Shown: positions 52,536-64,000 of the stretch, one piece after another
How the letters are laid out: each line of letters begins with the position of its first letter
Numbering within the stretch: the first letter of the stretch is position 1
Source: Eledone cirrhosa
Lineage: Eukaryota
Reading direction: 5' to 3'
Length of the DNA stretch: 64,000 nt
NCBI GenBank assembly: GCA_964016885.1
Contig: OZ024747.1
Coordinates: forward strand, 13,206,001-13,270,000
The notes under the pieces: generated by a model
What the model was told of the DNA's origin: nothing
The model's database searches: none
The model's input: only the letters and a program-made list of their open reading frames with translations
Program-made: the position numbers and the translations under genes

Positions 52536-53309
52536 ACAGAGCAGAAGAACAGATGAAAGTATCTGTTCATGCATTGTGAATTGGTCCTAACTCATGGTTT
52601 TTAAGTCCCATGCGGTGTTTAAGAGATATATACTTACTTGACACAGTAATATATAACAGAAAGGTTTTTACATTAAACCAAACTGACAGATGTACACTGT
52701 CAGCATTTGTTGTATATACAAAATTAAATAATCAATAACGGATAAATAGAGAACGGTCCTCAAGACTATTTACTGCTGGCAGTGTTTGTATGCCAGTTTT
52801 ATAATTACCATATAACTACAGTATATCTATTATCACTGTGAATATTAAATATATTATCATATTCAAATTTACGGCTAATGATGTGAATGTGAAATAATGA
52901 TTAGTAACGTAAAGCTGGCACAAGACCAGACATATTTTAGGTGGAAGGGGTGGGGATGAAATCAATCAACTCAAGATCGGATTTAAAGACAGAACATAAA
53001 TGGATTTATCGAAATACCAGGGGACTTTCCACCCGATGTTCTACTGATTTGAATTCAAAATGTTAAGAGACTCGACTACATACTGCATTGCGCTTCGCCA
53101 GACACTCTACCGATTCTGCCTTTCTCTTCTCTTTATTTATTTCATCACAATTCCAAGGGTTCACTCTGTAGTTATATAAAGACTTCATTACATTAAACAT
53201 ATCTCAGCATGCTTTTATTTATTTACTTTTATATGTGGTATGTACACTATTGAGTGTAGATAATCAGACTCATTAACTGCTTGATGAGCACAACCCCAAG
53301 GATATGGTC

Positions 53310-53588
53310 CGAATTCCCACTGCCATCGCCTCCATCTCTCTCGCCCTCCCCATCTCTCTCTATGGTGAGCAAATGGGGTCCCACTTGTTGGCCTCCCCCC
53401 AGCCCCGGCAGACAGAATGGAGAAGGCGTTTCTCCGGAGGATGGTAAGGGGGATGCACTGGAAGAGCCATTCCATCTCGCGAGGCTCACACCTGCGGCTG
53501 GCCAGCTCAGCGCCTATGGTGGTGAGTAGGGAGATAGCCCTAGGGCCAAGGACACCAGTAGTCTCCACTGCCAAGGGCACGACCGCGA
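53310..53588 (-). mobile_element. CRE-like non-LTR retrotransposon 3' fragment
   Basis: FAVVPLAVETTGVLGPRA...; homologous to 51490-51830. Confidence 0.8.
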
Positions 53589-54889
53589 AAGATCGATGGG
53601 ACAGCGATGTAAACTCCCATTTCTTGTCCCTCCCCTTTGACATGGCCAAGTCCGAGAAAGTTATAGAGAAGAAAAACGACCCGTCTACTTGACAAGTATT
53701 TTATTTATCGACACTAAAGAGATGAACGGTACATATGGTGTAGGCGAGATTTGAACGCAGAGCGCAAATAGCCAGAAAGTAGACTACAAAACAACCTAAC
53801 CGATTCTACAAACTCACCACCGTACTCTGTGTATGTAGTAAATTAAATTAAATTATGATTATTGTTGCTAACCGGAACATTGGACAAGAACACAAGCCAA
53901 AAAGGAATGTCTCTGTCCGGTTGCTTGACATGCAAGAAATAGCTGCCAAAAATCTCCCGCAAATCACACTCTTCCATTCGCTAGCGTCACTAGATGGTGG
54001 GTTGCAGTCGGCACCAGTGACACTATCAGAGAGGGTGACACATAAAATATTACTATGAGTCCTGTATGATCTGGCACGGGAGGCGGCCCATTGAGGAAGA
54101 TGACATCATCCGAAATCGTACTAGGTAACACCAACCCAACCTAACTAACACTGATGTTGCTTATCTGTAAAGAGAGGAACACATGGAGTCATGAAAATAA
54201 TGTGTGTATAATGAAGAAATTGAGAGAGAAAGGAGTCTTTGACAATAGATATACTTAGTACTGACTAACCCAGGGCTAAAAAAAAAAAACAGCAAAAGAA
54301 TCTGAGTCTGTCGGAGCTTCTCTGAGCGTTCCTAGCAATACTTGGAGACGAATATGACTCAAATCAACGTATAGCAAGTATCAATATCATTACAGTATGA
54401 ACTGAACCACACAGTAATTGGGCTCGTTTTTACGACGCCAGCTGTCTATGTATGTATGTATGTATGTATGTATGTATGTATGTATGTATGTATGTATGTA
54501 TGTATGTATGATGTATCCAATGATGTTGACTTGTTCTCCTTTTTGGTAAATATCATCTTGGTTAAGAGAGTGGGACTGGCTTTGTGCAGTGCCTTTGCTC
54601 ACTATAAAAGCTTCACGGCACAGGCATTGCTTTATATCTGGAGATCTCTCTGCACTTGTCGTCACATGGTACCATGGGCCCAGCACTATGTGTCAATAAT
54701 TGTCACAAGTGTAGTGTTTGTACCAGAGTTTTCAAGTCGCTGGCTGGACTAAAAAGTCACACTCGTTCAGCGCATCGGTAGGGGTTCTCCTACATGGATA
54801 TAAAGTAGTGGTCGTACTCGAAAACGAGTTGGCAGCCACCATGTATGTATGTATGTATGTATGTATGTATGTATGTATGTATGTATGTA

Positions 54890-55108
54890 TGTTATCTCTT
54901 TCTCTTAATTTCGAGTATATTTTTTTGACCGGCCATCTTCCTGGTGGCAAGGTTGTAAAAGAAAAGAAATTGTCATCCCTTGAAAGGCAAAAATGTTTTG
55001 CAAATTTTGAAGGTGCCAGCTATCGCAGCCATTTGTAGTCTATGAATTAGGGAGCCGCGCTCTTTGTCCCCAAATCCAAGTTCAGTCATACTTTGGTCCA
55101 AGCGGGTT
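54890..55108 (-). mobile_element. Probable REL-type non-LTR 3' end inserted in (CATA)n
   Basis: [40 protein letters not shown] plus a short UTR, with (TATG)n on both sides. Confidence 0.55.
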
Positions 55109-55184
55109 GTATGTATGTATGTATGTATGTATGTATGTATGTATGTATGTATGTATGTATGTATGTACGTACGTATGTATGTAA

Positions 55185-55250
<66 letters not shown>

Positions 55251-55298
55251 TATATATATACATACATATATATGTATATATATTTTTATATATATATA

Positions 55299-55397
55299 CA
55301 GGATGTCCCAAAAAATGTATACACACTTCAACAGCATTCTAATAAATATTGCCTGTGCAGGTAATCAAAGTGTGTATACATTTTTGGGGACACTCTG
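55299..55397. mobile_element. Tc1/mariner-type MITE
   Basis: Same family as 33018-33114. Confidence 0.85.
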
Positions 55398-55420
55398 TAT
55401 AAACAAACAAAAACACACGC

Positions 55421-55513
<93 letters not shown>

Positions 55514-55590
55514 GATATAAATACACATTCATAAATACATACATACATATATATATATATATTAATGTAATAAACAACATAAGACAATTA

Positions 55591-55663
55591 TTCCATTTAC
55601 CAAAGGTTTCACGAAGATAGATGAGCTCGACACAGACGTCTGAAATCGTTCATCAGAATGAAA
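55591..55663 (-). ncRNA. Type I hammerhead ribozyme (family C-like)
   Basis: Minus strand: tttcatt-CTGATGA-acga...tcgt-GAAA-CC-ttt-GG-TA-aatggaa; core fully canonical. Confidence 0.8.
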
Positions 55664-55899
55664 TTTTATTTGAAGTGAATGTGAGATATGGATTTCAAAA
55701 CAAAGCTTAAAACAATTGAAAGCGAGACAGATATAAAATAAAATAACGGACGTAATGTAATGGGGAAAAATAATAAATATATATGTATATATATAAATAT
55801 ATATACATATATATTTAACTTAGTAATCTGTTAGAAATTGCTGGTTGTGAAATATACAAAATGATATTGTTAGTCTCAAGGAAGAGTACCTTTTGTTTT

Positions 55900-56286
<387 letters not shown>

Positions 56287-56389
56287 TTATATATATATAT
56301 GTGTGTGTGTATATAAATATATATATATATACATACATATTCCAATTCCAACCCACTCGTCCCCTCAATCTATCTTATTTCTCATTCTT

Positions 56390-56425
56390 TCTTCTGATGA
56401 AGGACTAGCGTCCGAAACGTTAAGA
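56390..56425 (+). ncRNA. Minimal type I HHR (family B), intact core
   Basis: tctt-CTGATGA-a-ggac tagc gtcc-GAAA-CG-TT-aaga, within pLTR-like fragment 56340-56528. Confidence 0.75.
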
Positions 56426-56524
56426 CCCTCTTCTTGCTATATCAAGCGTTAACCTAATATATCCCTTCCATATATCGATTGTGTTGTTATTTCTGTATCG
56501 ATTGTGCTGTTATTTCTGTTTACC

Positions 56525-56619
<95 letters not shown>

Positions 56620-57086
56620 GTACGTATGTGTTTATGTTTCAGCTTGTACGCAACATACACACATACACACACACAATGGGCTTCCGCACTGTCTCCGTCT
56701 GCGCTTTTATTGATCGTCTCGTGCATTTCTTCAACGTGAACTTATTATTCAGTCCATCCAAGCTGTCAGCAGAGGGCATTGTTTTCGCTGTAAGGCAGAG
56801 AGTTGTCCTCACAGTGGTCACCCGCAACGGTTTCAGCAGATCCTTATAAGGTAATCATTGTAAGTTTGAATCTAACTGATATGCAAAAAAAAATAAAATA
56901 TATATATATATGAATAAGGTAAGTCCAAATCATAGTAGATTCAAATATCAGAGAGAGAAAGATAGAGGGGATGGGAAGGGGGAAATGAGGCGCAATAGAA
57001 ATGAAACATTGATTACAGGTTAAAATATAGTCTAGATAGATGAGAAACAAAATGGATGTAGTTTATAGAACACCCAAATGATTTAG

Positions 57087-57510
57087 AAGTCGACCGTAAG
57101 TAGGAGCAATAACATTAAGAAAGACATGAACGACACCACATGATTTTGTTTTGAAATGTTTTAAAGTAGGTTTATAAGTATGAATTTTCAGTAGATTGAC
57201 ATAGGTATCTCAGTGGACTAGCGGTAACTACTAGAGACGGTGTAGAAACTGGTCTTGGGTTCAATCCTGGTCTTTTTTTTCAGTTTTTATTTAGAAAAAG
57301 ACTGAAAAGCATTACCGGGAACCCTCAACCAGGATCGAACGTCAGACCAGGATCACCACCGTCTATGATTCCTCCAACTAGGCCACCGAGAAAGCTACAA
57401 AAGTATAATGAAAATTGATCATTATAAACCTACTTTCAAAATCAAAGTTAAAAAGATGTGGTGTCGTTCATTGGTTTCCTAGAGCTATTTGTCATATTTA
57501 GGGTCGACTT
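57087..57510. mobile_element. Degenerate palindromic element with two convergent tRNA-like units
   Basis: Matching inverted blocks atgaacgacaccacat, aaagtaggtttataa, agacggtg and gttc(a/g)atcctggt; A- and B-box-like motifs in each arm. Confidence 0.65.
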
Positions 57511-57833
57511 GTCAATCTTCTGGCTCTTTGGTAACAACCTTATTATTCCTATATGTGCTTAACTGCTGAATTAATTTAATTTGATTATTTTAACAAACAA
57601 ATAATATATAAAGTCTCTGGATTTCGCAAAATACAATTTATTTTTTATTGGAGAAGGTAAGATATTTTCCCGCAAAAATTTTATTGACTGTTTTGTTTCC
57701 ACTTATGTATTTTTTGAAAATGTTATTTATTCCTTATAAAAATTAAATGATAGCATTCTATATGTAGATGGGCCCCCTTCATCTCCTGGTAACCAATATT
57801 TTTAGACTTAATCCGCCACTGTATATATATATA

Positions 57834-57980
57834 TAGTAATAATAAATATGAAAACCAAAATCCGAAGAAGGTTGTAACGTTTTTTGAAATATTTACTCCT
57901 GCGTCTACAGATTGATTTTTCTCAGTTTCAGAAGATTCCTAATAGGGTGAAAGCAGCGATTCTTTGCTTAAACTTTAATC
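57834..57980. mobile_element. Family D insert with one variant HHR (57924-57975, + strand)
   Basis: agttt-CAGAAGA-ttcctaatagggt-GAAA-gcagcgattctttgc-TT-aaact; left end matches 34208-34250. Confidence 0.65.
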
Positions 57981-57982
57981 CG

Positions 57983-58053
<71 letters not shown>

Positions 58054-58070
58054 ATAATAATAATAATAAT

Positions 58071-58132
<62 letters not shown>

Positions 58133-58178
58133 AAAATATCGGAGGCCATATTCAGTTGATTCAGGTTTATTTAAAACT

Positions 58179-58236
58179 CCGTTATACATATTTCAATGAT
58201 GACTATCAGTTGTGATAGCCCGAGCTCTTCAGACGG
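58179..58236 (-). ncRNA. Type I HHR fold (family E)
   Basis: Minus strand: ccgt-CTGAAGA-[gctatca caac tgatagt]-GAAA-tatgta-TA-acgg; about 50 nt from (TA)n; base of stem II poorly paired. Confidence 0.6.
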
Positions 58237-58317
58237 CAAAACCTAAACTAAACATTGAAAGTTCACAACCGACAGACTATAAGGTGGCCCACAAACCCAT
58301 GTTCCGTTAACCCCATA

Positions 58318-58352
<35 letters not shown>

Positions 58353-58354
58353 AA

Positions 58355-58440
<86 letters not shown>

Positions 58441-58606
58441 TTTTTAAAAAAAGGAAAAGAAAGACTTCACTTGTAGTTCTAAAAAATTTGATTTAATTTT
58501 ATAATATTATGATTTGGTAGATCTAGTAAGTTCTTTGTTAACTTCGGTGGGAAGATTTTTAAAGATTCCTGGTTAACTTTCCTGGACACCTTTCTCGCAT
58601 TTGTCG

Positions 58607-58674
<68 letters not shown>

Positions 58675-58712
58675 CGTTTCTGAATTTGTTTAGCAAGACC
58701 CTCCCAAAGTAT

Positions 58713-58744
<32 letters not shown>

Positions 58745-58862
58745 CATCATCATCATTCTTCGACTACTGTCGAGATGATGGATCTCACTCTCATGCCCCA
58801 GAATTCCCTGTCCCCCATATAGTGTGGTTCCCTGAAGAACAGTCAGTTGCGAAATCCATCAT
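58745..58862 (-). mobile_element. RTE-like 3' end
   Basis: DREFWGMRVRSII, terminal hairpin tcgacagtagtcga, (TGA)n tail. Confidence 0.55.
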
Positions 58863-58877
58863 CTTTTCAAATAGCTA

Positions 58878-59067
58878 ATAATTGTTTCTACTTTAGGCAC
58901 AAGGCCAGCAATTACCTAGTGCATTACTGGTACTTTATTTTATCGACCCCGTAAGGATGAAAGGCAAAGTTAACCTCGGCGGGATTTGAACTCAGTCCGT
59001 AGAGGGACGTAACTATGCTGCAAAGCATGGCGTCCGACCCTCTACCGATACTGCCAATCCACCGCCC
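58878..59067 (-). mobile_element. tRNA-derived SINE (family 1)
   Basis: 18-bp TSD tttcaaatagctaataat at 58865-58882 and 59068-59085. Confidence 0.93.
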
Positions 59068-59384
59068 TTTCAAATAGCTAATAATGTGTGTGGGCGCCAC
59101 TACTACACACATGTGAAAGAATTTGACAGCCAAGTCTTGAAGAAGGTGCTTTCTCCTCCGTGTGATATATATATTGCCTCTTCGTCCTTTTCTCATTACC
59201 TAATTTTGTTTTTATCTTTCTTTTTCATATTTATGTAATTATCAATGGTTTTTAAGCCACCTTTATGAGTGAAGCACATGTATTGAGAATAAACATTTAT
59301 TTTCGAACAACGTTCGTTGATCGTCTGCTAGACTCGAGACATGAGCCTTGAAATGATGTATAAACTATACGAGGAATATATCAC

Positions 59385-59860
59385 AACACACACATACACA
59401 CTTACAAACATACACACACACACATACATGCACACACATACACACATACATACACACGTACACACATACATACACACGCATATACGCACACACACACACG
59501 CATACACACATAAACACACACATACACACATACATACACACGTACACACAAACATACACACACATATACGCACACACACGCACACACGCATACACACATA
59601 AACACACACATACAAACACATGCACACGTACATGCATACATACGCACGTACACACATACATACATACACTCATATGCAGACACACATACGCACATTCACA
59701 CACATAGATACATACACACATACATACGCACGTACACATGTACATACACACACATACATACACACACACATATACTCTCATATACGCACACATACATACA
59801 CACGCAATTACACATACACACACATATACACATATACACACACACATATATACATATATA
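59385..59860. repeat. Degenerate (CA)n/(CATA)n array
   Basis: Seen directly. Confidence 0.9.
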
Positions 59861-59979
59861 TAATGGCGAATACAAATGCAAGCAATTAAAGATATGTCGA
59901 AGTCTGTATCATTTTGTACACAATCATGTTCTCTTACATAGGAAATAAAGTTACTTCACGTTTTTGTGTCTATTAAATA

Positions 59980-60101
<122 letters not shown>

Positions 60102-60325
60102 CACACATATATATGCATATATATATATTTATCAAAATAACAGATTAAACTTTATATTATATATATATATGTGTGTGTATATGTATATATATATATATAT
60201 ATATAATATAGCACCCCAAACGTAAAATTGGGATTATACTAAGGTATATCCTAATGTTTGTTGAGTGAGACGGAAGCCGGTCAGAGTATTGCTTAAAGCT
60301 TTCTCTGTTAATGTATTAAATATAC

Positions 60326-60365
<40 letters not shown>

Positions 60366-60780
60366 AGCAAATTATAAACGTAAACATGTAAGTATGTTTT
60401 TGAAATGGTGTGCGAGTTTGAAATTAGAAATTAGAAATTATAAGCTTTCACCGTATTTTTAGACTAAAGAAATTTCTAGCCTGATAGTGGGGTTTATAAC
60501 CCTCGGAGAAATGGTAAAAATGAGTGTTGCCGTACATATATATATATATACTTATATTGTTATACTTTGGGAGGGTCATGTTGCCAATAACAAACACACG
60601 CACCAGTTGCTTTCACTTCAATTTATTATAATAAATTTATAAATTTAGGAATTTATAAATTTCCGGTTGGTTGGTTGGTTGGTTCCACAACCAGATGATT
60701 GTTTATATATTGTCAAAGTTCTTTCGTCACAATACTGTATTCACAGCAACGATAACAAATTCAGAAACGAAATATATATA

Positions 60781-60944
<164 letters not shown>

Positions 60945-60966
60945 TATATATATATATATATATATA

Positions 60967-61002
<36 letters not shown>

Positions 61003-61008
61003 TATATA

Positions 61009-61077
<69 letters not shown>

Positions 61078-61099
61078 TTATATATATATATATATATAT

Positions 61100-61299
61100 A
61101 ACGAAGGAAATGTGGTAAGGAACCAGGTGGACCATAACGCACCAAAGTACTCAATACTTAGGGTAGTAGAGTGGGTAATAGGAACCAGTAAGACCCCGAC
61201 GGCTGAGCTCAAGCCGTTTCGACGGCTAATTCTGGACTAAGTCCAGAATTAGCCGTCGAAACGGCTTGAGCTCAGCCGTCGAGCGAGGTCTTACTGGTT

Positions 61300-61304
<5 letters not shown>
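61100..61304 (-). mobile_element. PLE-like fold-back insert (family A)
   Basis: Palindrome 61178-61304 centred at 61239; GAAA-cggct tgagctc agccg-TC stem III; bulged hairpin at 61149-61172; long (TA)n on both sides. Confidence 0.85.
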
Positions 61305-61346
<42 letters not shown>

Positions 61347-61359
61347 TTATATATATATA

Positions 61360-61420
<61 letters not shown>

Positions 61421-61729
61421 ATAATAATAAATTTGAAGACTAAAATCCAAAGCGATTCTTTGCTTAAACTTTAATCTGTTATTTTTATATATATCATATA
61501 TACATATGTGTGTGCCTGTGTGTGTGTGTGTGTGTCTATGTGTGTGTATTACATATATGTGTGTGTATATAAAAGAGGTGAAGTAGGAGGCAGGAGTAGG
61601 AGAGAGTGAGAATGGTGGAATGTCTTTAGAAGAGTCGAGTAAGTTCCCCACTTACACTTAAATGTTATCGTTGCTGTGAATACAGTTTTGGAATATCGCG
61701 TATAGTGAGGGTTGTGGTTGTAGGTATAA

Positions 61730-62090
61730 AGAAGGGAAAGATAAAGCACGAAAGACAGAAAGAGGGAAAGGAAAAAGAAAGTAAGAAAGAAAGAAAGGAA
61801 GAAAGAAAGAAAGAGGTAAAGGAAAAAGAAAGTGAGAAAGAAAGAAAGAAGGAAAGAAAAAGAAAGAAAGAAAGAAAGAAAGAGGGAAAGGAAAAAGAAA
61901 GTGAGAAAGAAAGAAGGAAAGAGGGAAAGGAAAAAGAAATTGAAAAAGAAAGAAAGTAAGAAAGAAAGAAAGAAAGAGAGAGAGAAAGGAAAAAGAAAAT
62001 GAGAAAGAAAGAAAGAAAGAAAGAAAGGAGGAAAGAAGGAAAGTAAGAAGAAAAGTAAGAAAGAAGGAAAGTAAGAAAGAAGAAATGGAC
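61730..62090. repeat. (GAAA)n-rich polypurine tract
   Basis: Seen directly. Confidence 0.9.
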
Positions 62091-62239
62091 AGTTAACCTC
62101 GGGGAAGAAAAAGGATACATTCCATCTTTACGATCTCGGCTTTTAGTACTCTTGAAGCCGTAATAGTCACAGATCGTTGGAAGAGATAACTAGAAAATCG
62201 ATAAATCTGCCTGAAAGTACAGTTACATCCCATTATCAA

Positions 62240-62274
<35 letters not shown>

Positions 62275-63240
62275 AAGAAGAAAAAAAGGCAAACGAAAAA
62301 CAAACAGAAAAAAAAAATATAATAAAAGAAAAGAAAATAAGACAAAAAGAAAAAGATTTCTGGCAAAAGTTGGGAAGAAGACCAATTCTTTTTTAAAGAG
62401 GAAAATGTAGAATCGATTGGATCCACTTTCATGTCTTACCGATACCTCTCTTATTTTATGTTACTCGGGTATATGAAAGGCAAAGTTGTCAGTTAAGGTA
62501 CTACATGATATAAGAATAATCATGATGACTTCATGGCTAGTACTCCTTCCTTATTTTTATCTCCCCTTTGTGAAATATGTCAGGTTACTCTGGAGTGCTA
62601 CTGGTAGCATGTAACCCAGTACAACCTGTCGCGTCGTCGGCGACTAAACCGGCAATCCCACCAAGTTTACTTGGTGAGGAGGGTGATTTTGGACACCCTG
62701 CAGGACAAAAAACAAAACCTGACAAAGGACGGAAGAACTGACAAGAGTTAATGGCCATCTAAAAAGAAAAAAGAAAAAAAATCCTGCCAAATCAATGGGT
62801 GGCAGTAGTTCCAGCTGCACTCAAGACTGGTGTAGTGGTTCTGCAAATTGATAATGGAAAGACGCTCCCGCTCGAGTTAGAAGAGAACTATTGACCTTCA
62901 GGAGAAGCAGCGACTCCTGATTGAATTCAGCAACCGAAATAAATATGAAGTACACCAAATCCAATGCTCCTAGGGGTGGCCCTGGTTCTTCTTATTTGCA
63001 AGTGTCAACTCGGCCAGATTAGATTAGATTAGATTGTGAAAAGCTAAACAATTGAAAAAAAAAAAAAAAGAAATGATTATTAACTTTTGCACATGGTCAC
63101 AAATTTTAGTCAACTGAATTGACCCTAGCAGTTTATTGGTACATGACACCTACAAGGGTACAAGGAAGAAAGACAAAACAAACCTAATGCATGTCATCCT
63201 TTTCGACTTCAGAAAAACTATTTTCGTTGCGTGTATAATA

Positions 63241-63339
63241 CAGGGTGTCCCCAAAAATTGAATACACACTTTGATTACCTGTACAGGCAATATTTATTAG
63301 AATTTTGTTGAAGTGTGTATACATTTTTAGAGGACACCC

Positions 63340-63341
<2 letters not shown>
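63241..63341. mobile_element. Tc1/mariner-type MITE
   Basis: TA-cagggtgtcc...ggacaccctg-TA. Confidence 0.88.
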
Positions 63342-63421
<80 letters not shown>

Positions 63422-63852
63422 TTTTGTAATTTCTTTTATTACTCTTAATCATGAGTATATGTTGACATTTTGTTCTTAAACATTTGCTGCTGACTTAAAT
63501 CTTGGTATGAAGTTCAGGTCTGAAATACTTATATTTGGTTTCCATTTAGTGTCAGATAATTTAATTTTATACTATAAAGTCTATGAACACTACTGAGGTT
63601 ACACTACTGAGGTTATACATAAAGGTCTTTGAATATTGTGTTAGATATTATAACAATCAAAATAGACATATTCAATTAATGTAAGGTTAAGGTGATTTAC
63701 TAATAAAGGCAATTTATTAGAATGTTGTTGAAGTATGAATATATATATATAGATATATATATAAGTGTATTAACGTGTTTGCAACTTAACCCAATCTCTG
63801 GCGAGTGCTTCATTTGCGTTTGATTATCCAATGAAAGATCAGATAAAATAGT

Positions 63853-64000
63853 AATTTCGAATTTAGGCACAAGGCCAGCAATATGTGGCGAGGGGTAAGT
63901 CGATTATATCGACCTCGGTGCTTAATTGATACATTAATTGATTGATCCTAGAAGAATTAAAGGCAAAGTTGATGCCGGTGAGATTTGAACTCGGAATGTA
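63853..64000 (-). mobile_element. SINE (family 1-related), cut by the window end
   Basis: ggcacaaggccagcaa...aaggcaaagtt...gatttgaactc. Confidence 0.75.

Noticed and set aside
54085-54126. ttgagga-agatgacatcatcc-GAAA-tcgta HHR-like string
   Set aside because: C3 is absent and stem I is poor; it could be a decayed copy but I cannot support it.
58777-58864. Apparent type III hammerhead (CTGAAGA...GAAA with agatgatgga/tccatcatct)
   Set aside because: Stem I cannot form; better explained as an RTE-like 3' end on the minus strand.

Overview
Eukaryotic, very AT-rich DNA packed with microsatellites and transposable elements. It looks intergenic or intronic. The SINE types and the (TA)n/(CA)n density suggest a cephalopod (Octopus-like) genome, which is an inference. 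I can support no intact host gene, and most listed ORFs are translations of simple repeats. Recognisable coding remnants are non-LTR retrotransposon fragments: CR1-group RT, Dong/R4, CRE-like and RTE. There are also many tRNA-derived SINEs, Tc1/mariner-, piggyBac- and hAT-type MITEs, and several mini/satellites. The most interesting signal is a set of short non-coding inserts, mostly in (TA)n tracts, from several sequence-unrelated families. They share three traits. (i) About ten loci carry type I hammerhead ribozyme (HHR) folds, including core variants. (ii) Thirteen copies at twelve loci carry a covarying bulged hairpin, RCTC-stem-loop-stem-2nt bulge-GAGY-RCY, usually about 30-70 nt from the 3' junction. 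(iii) Several have 5' fold-back palindromes whose apex lies in or beside the ribozyme. The best interpretation is Penelope-like retroelement (PLE) pLTR-derived inserts. I do not recognise the shared hairpin or the ribozyme-centred snap-back geometry as described features. All folds were assigned by eye.
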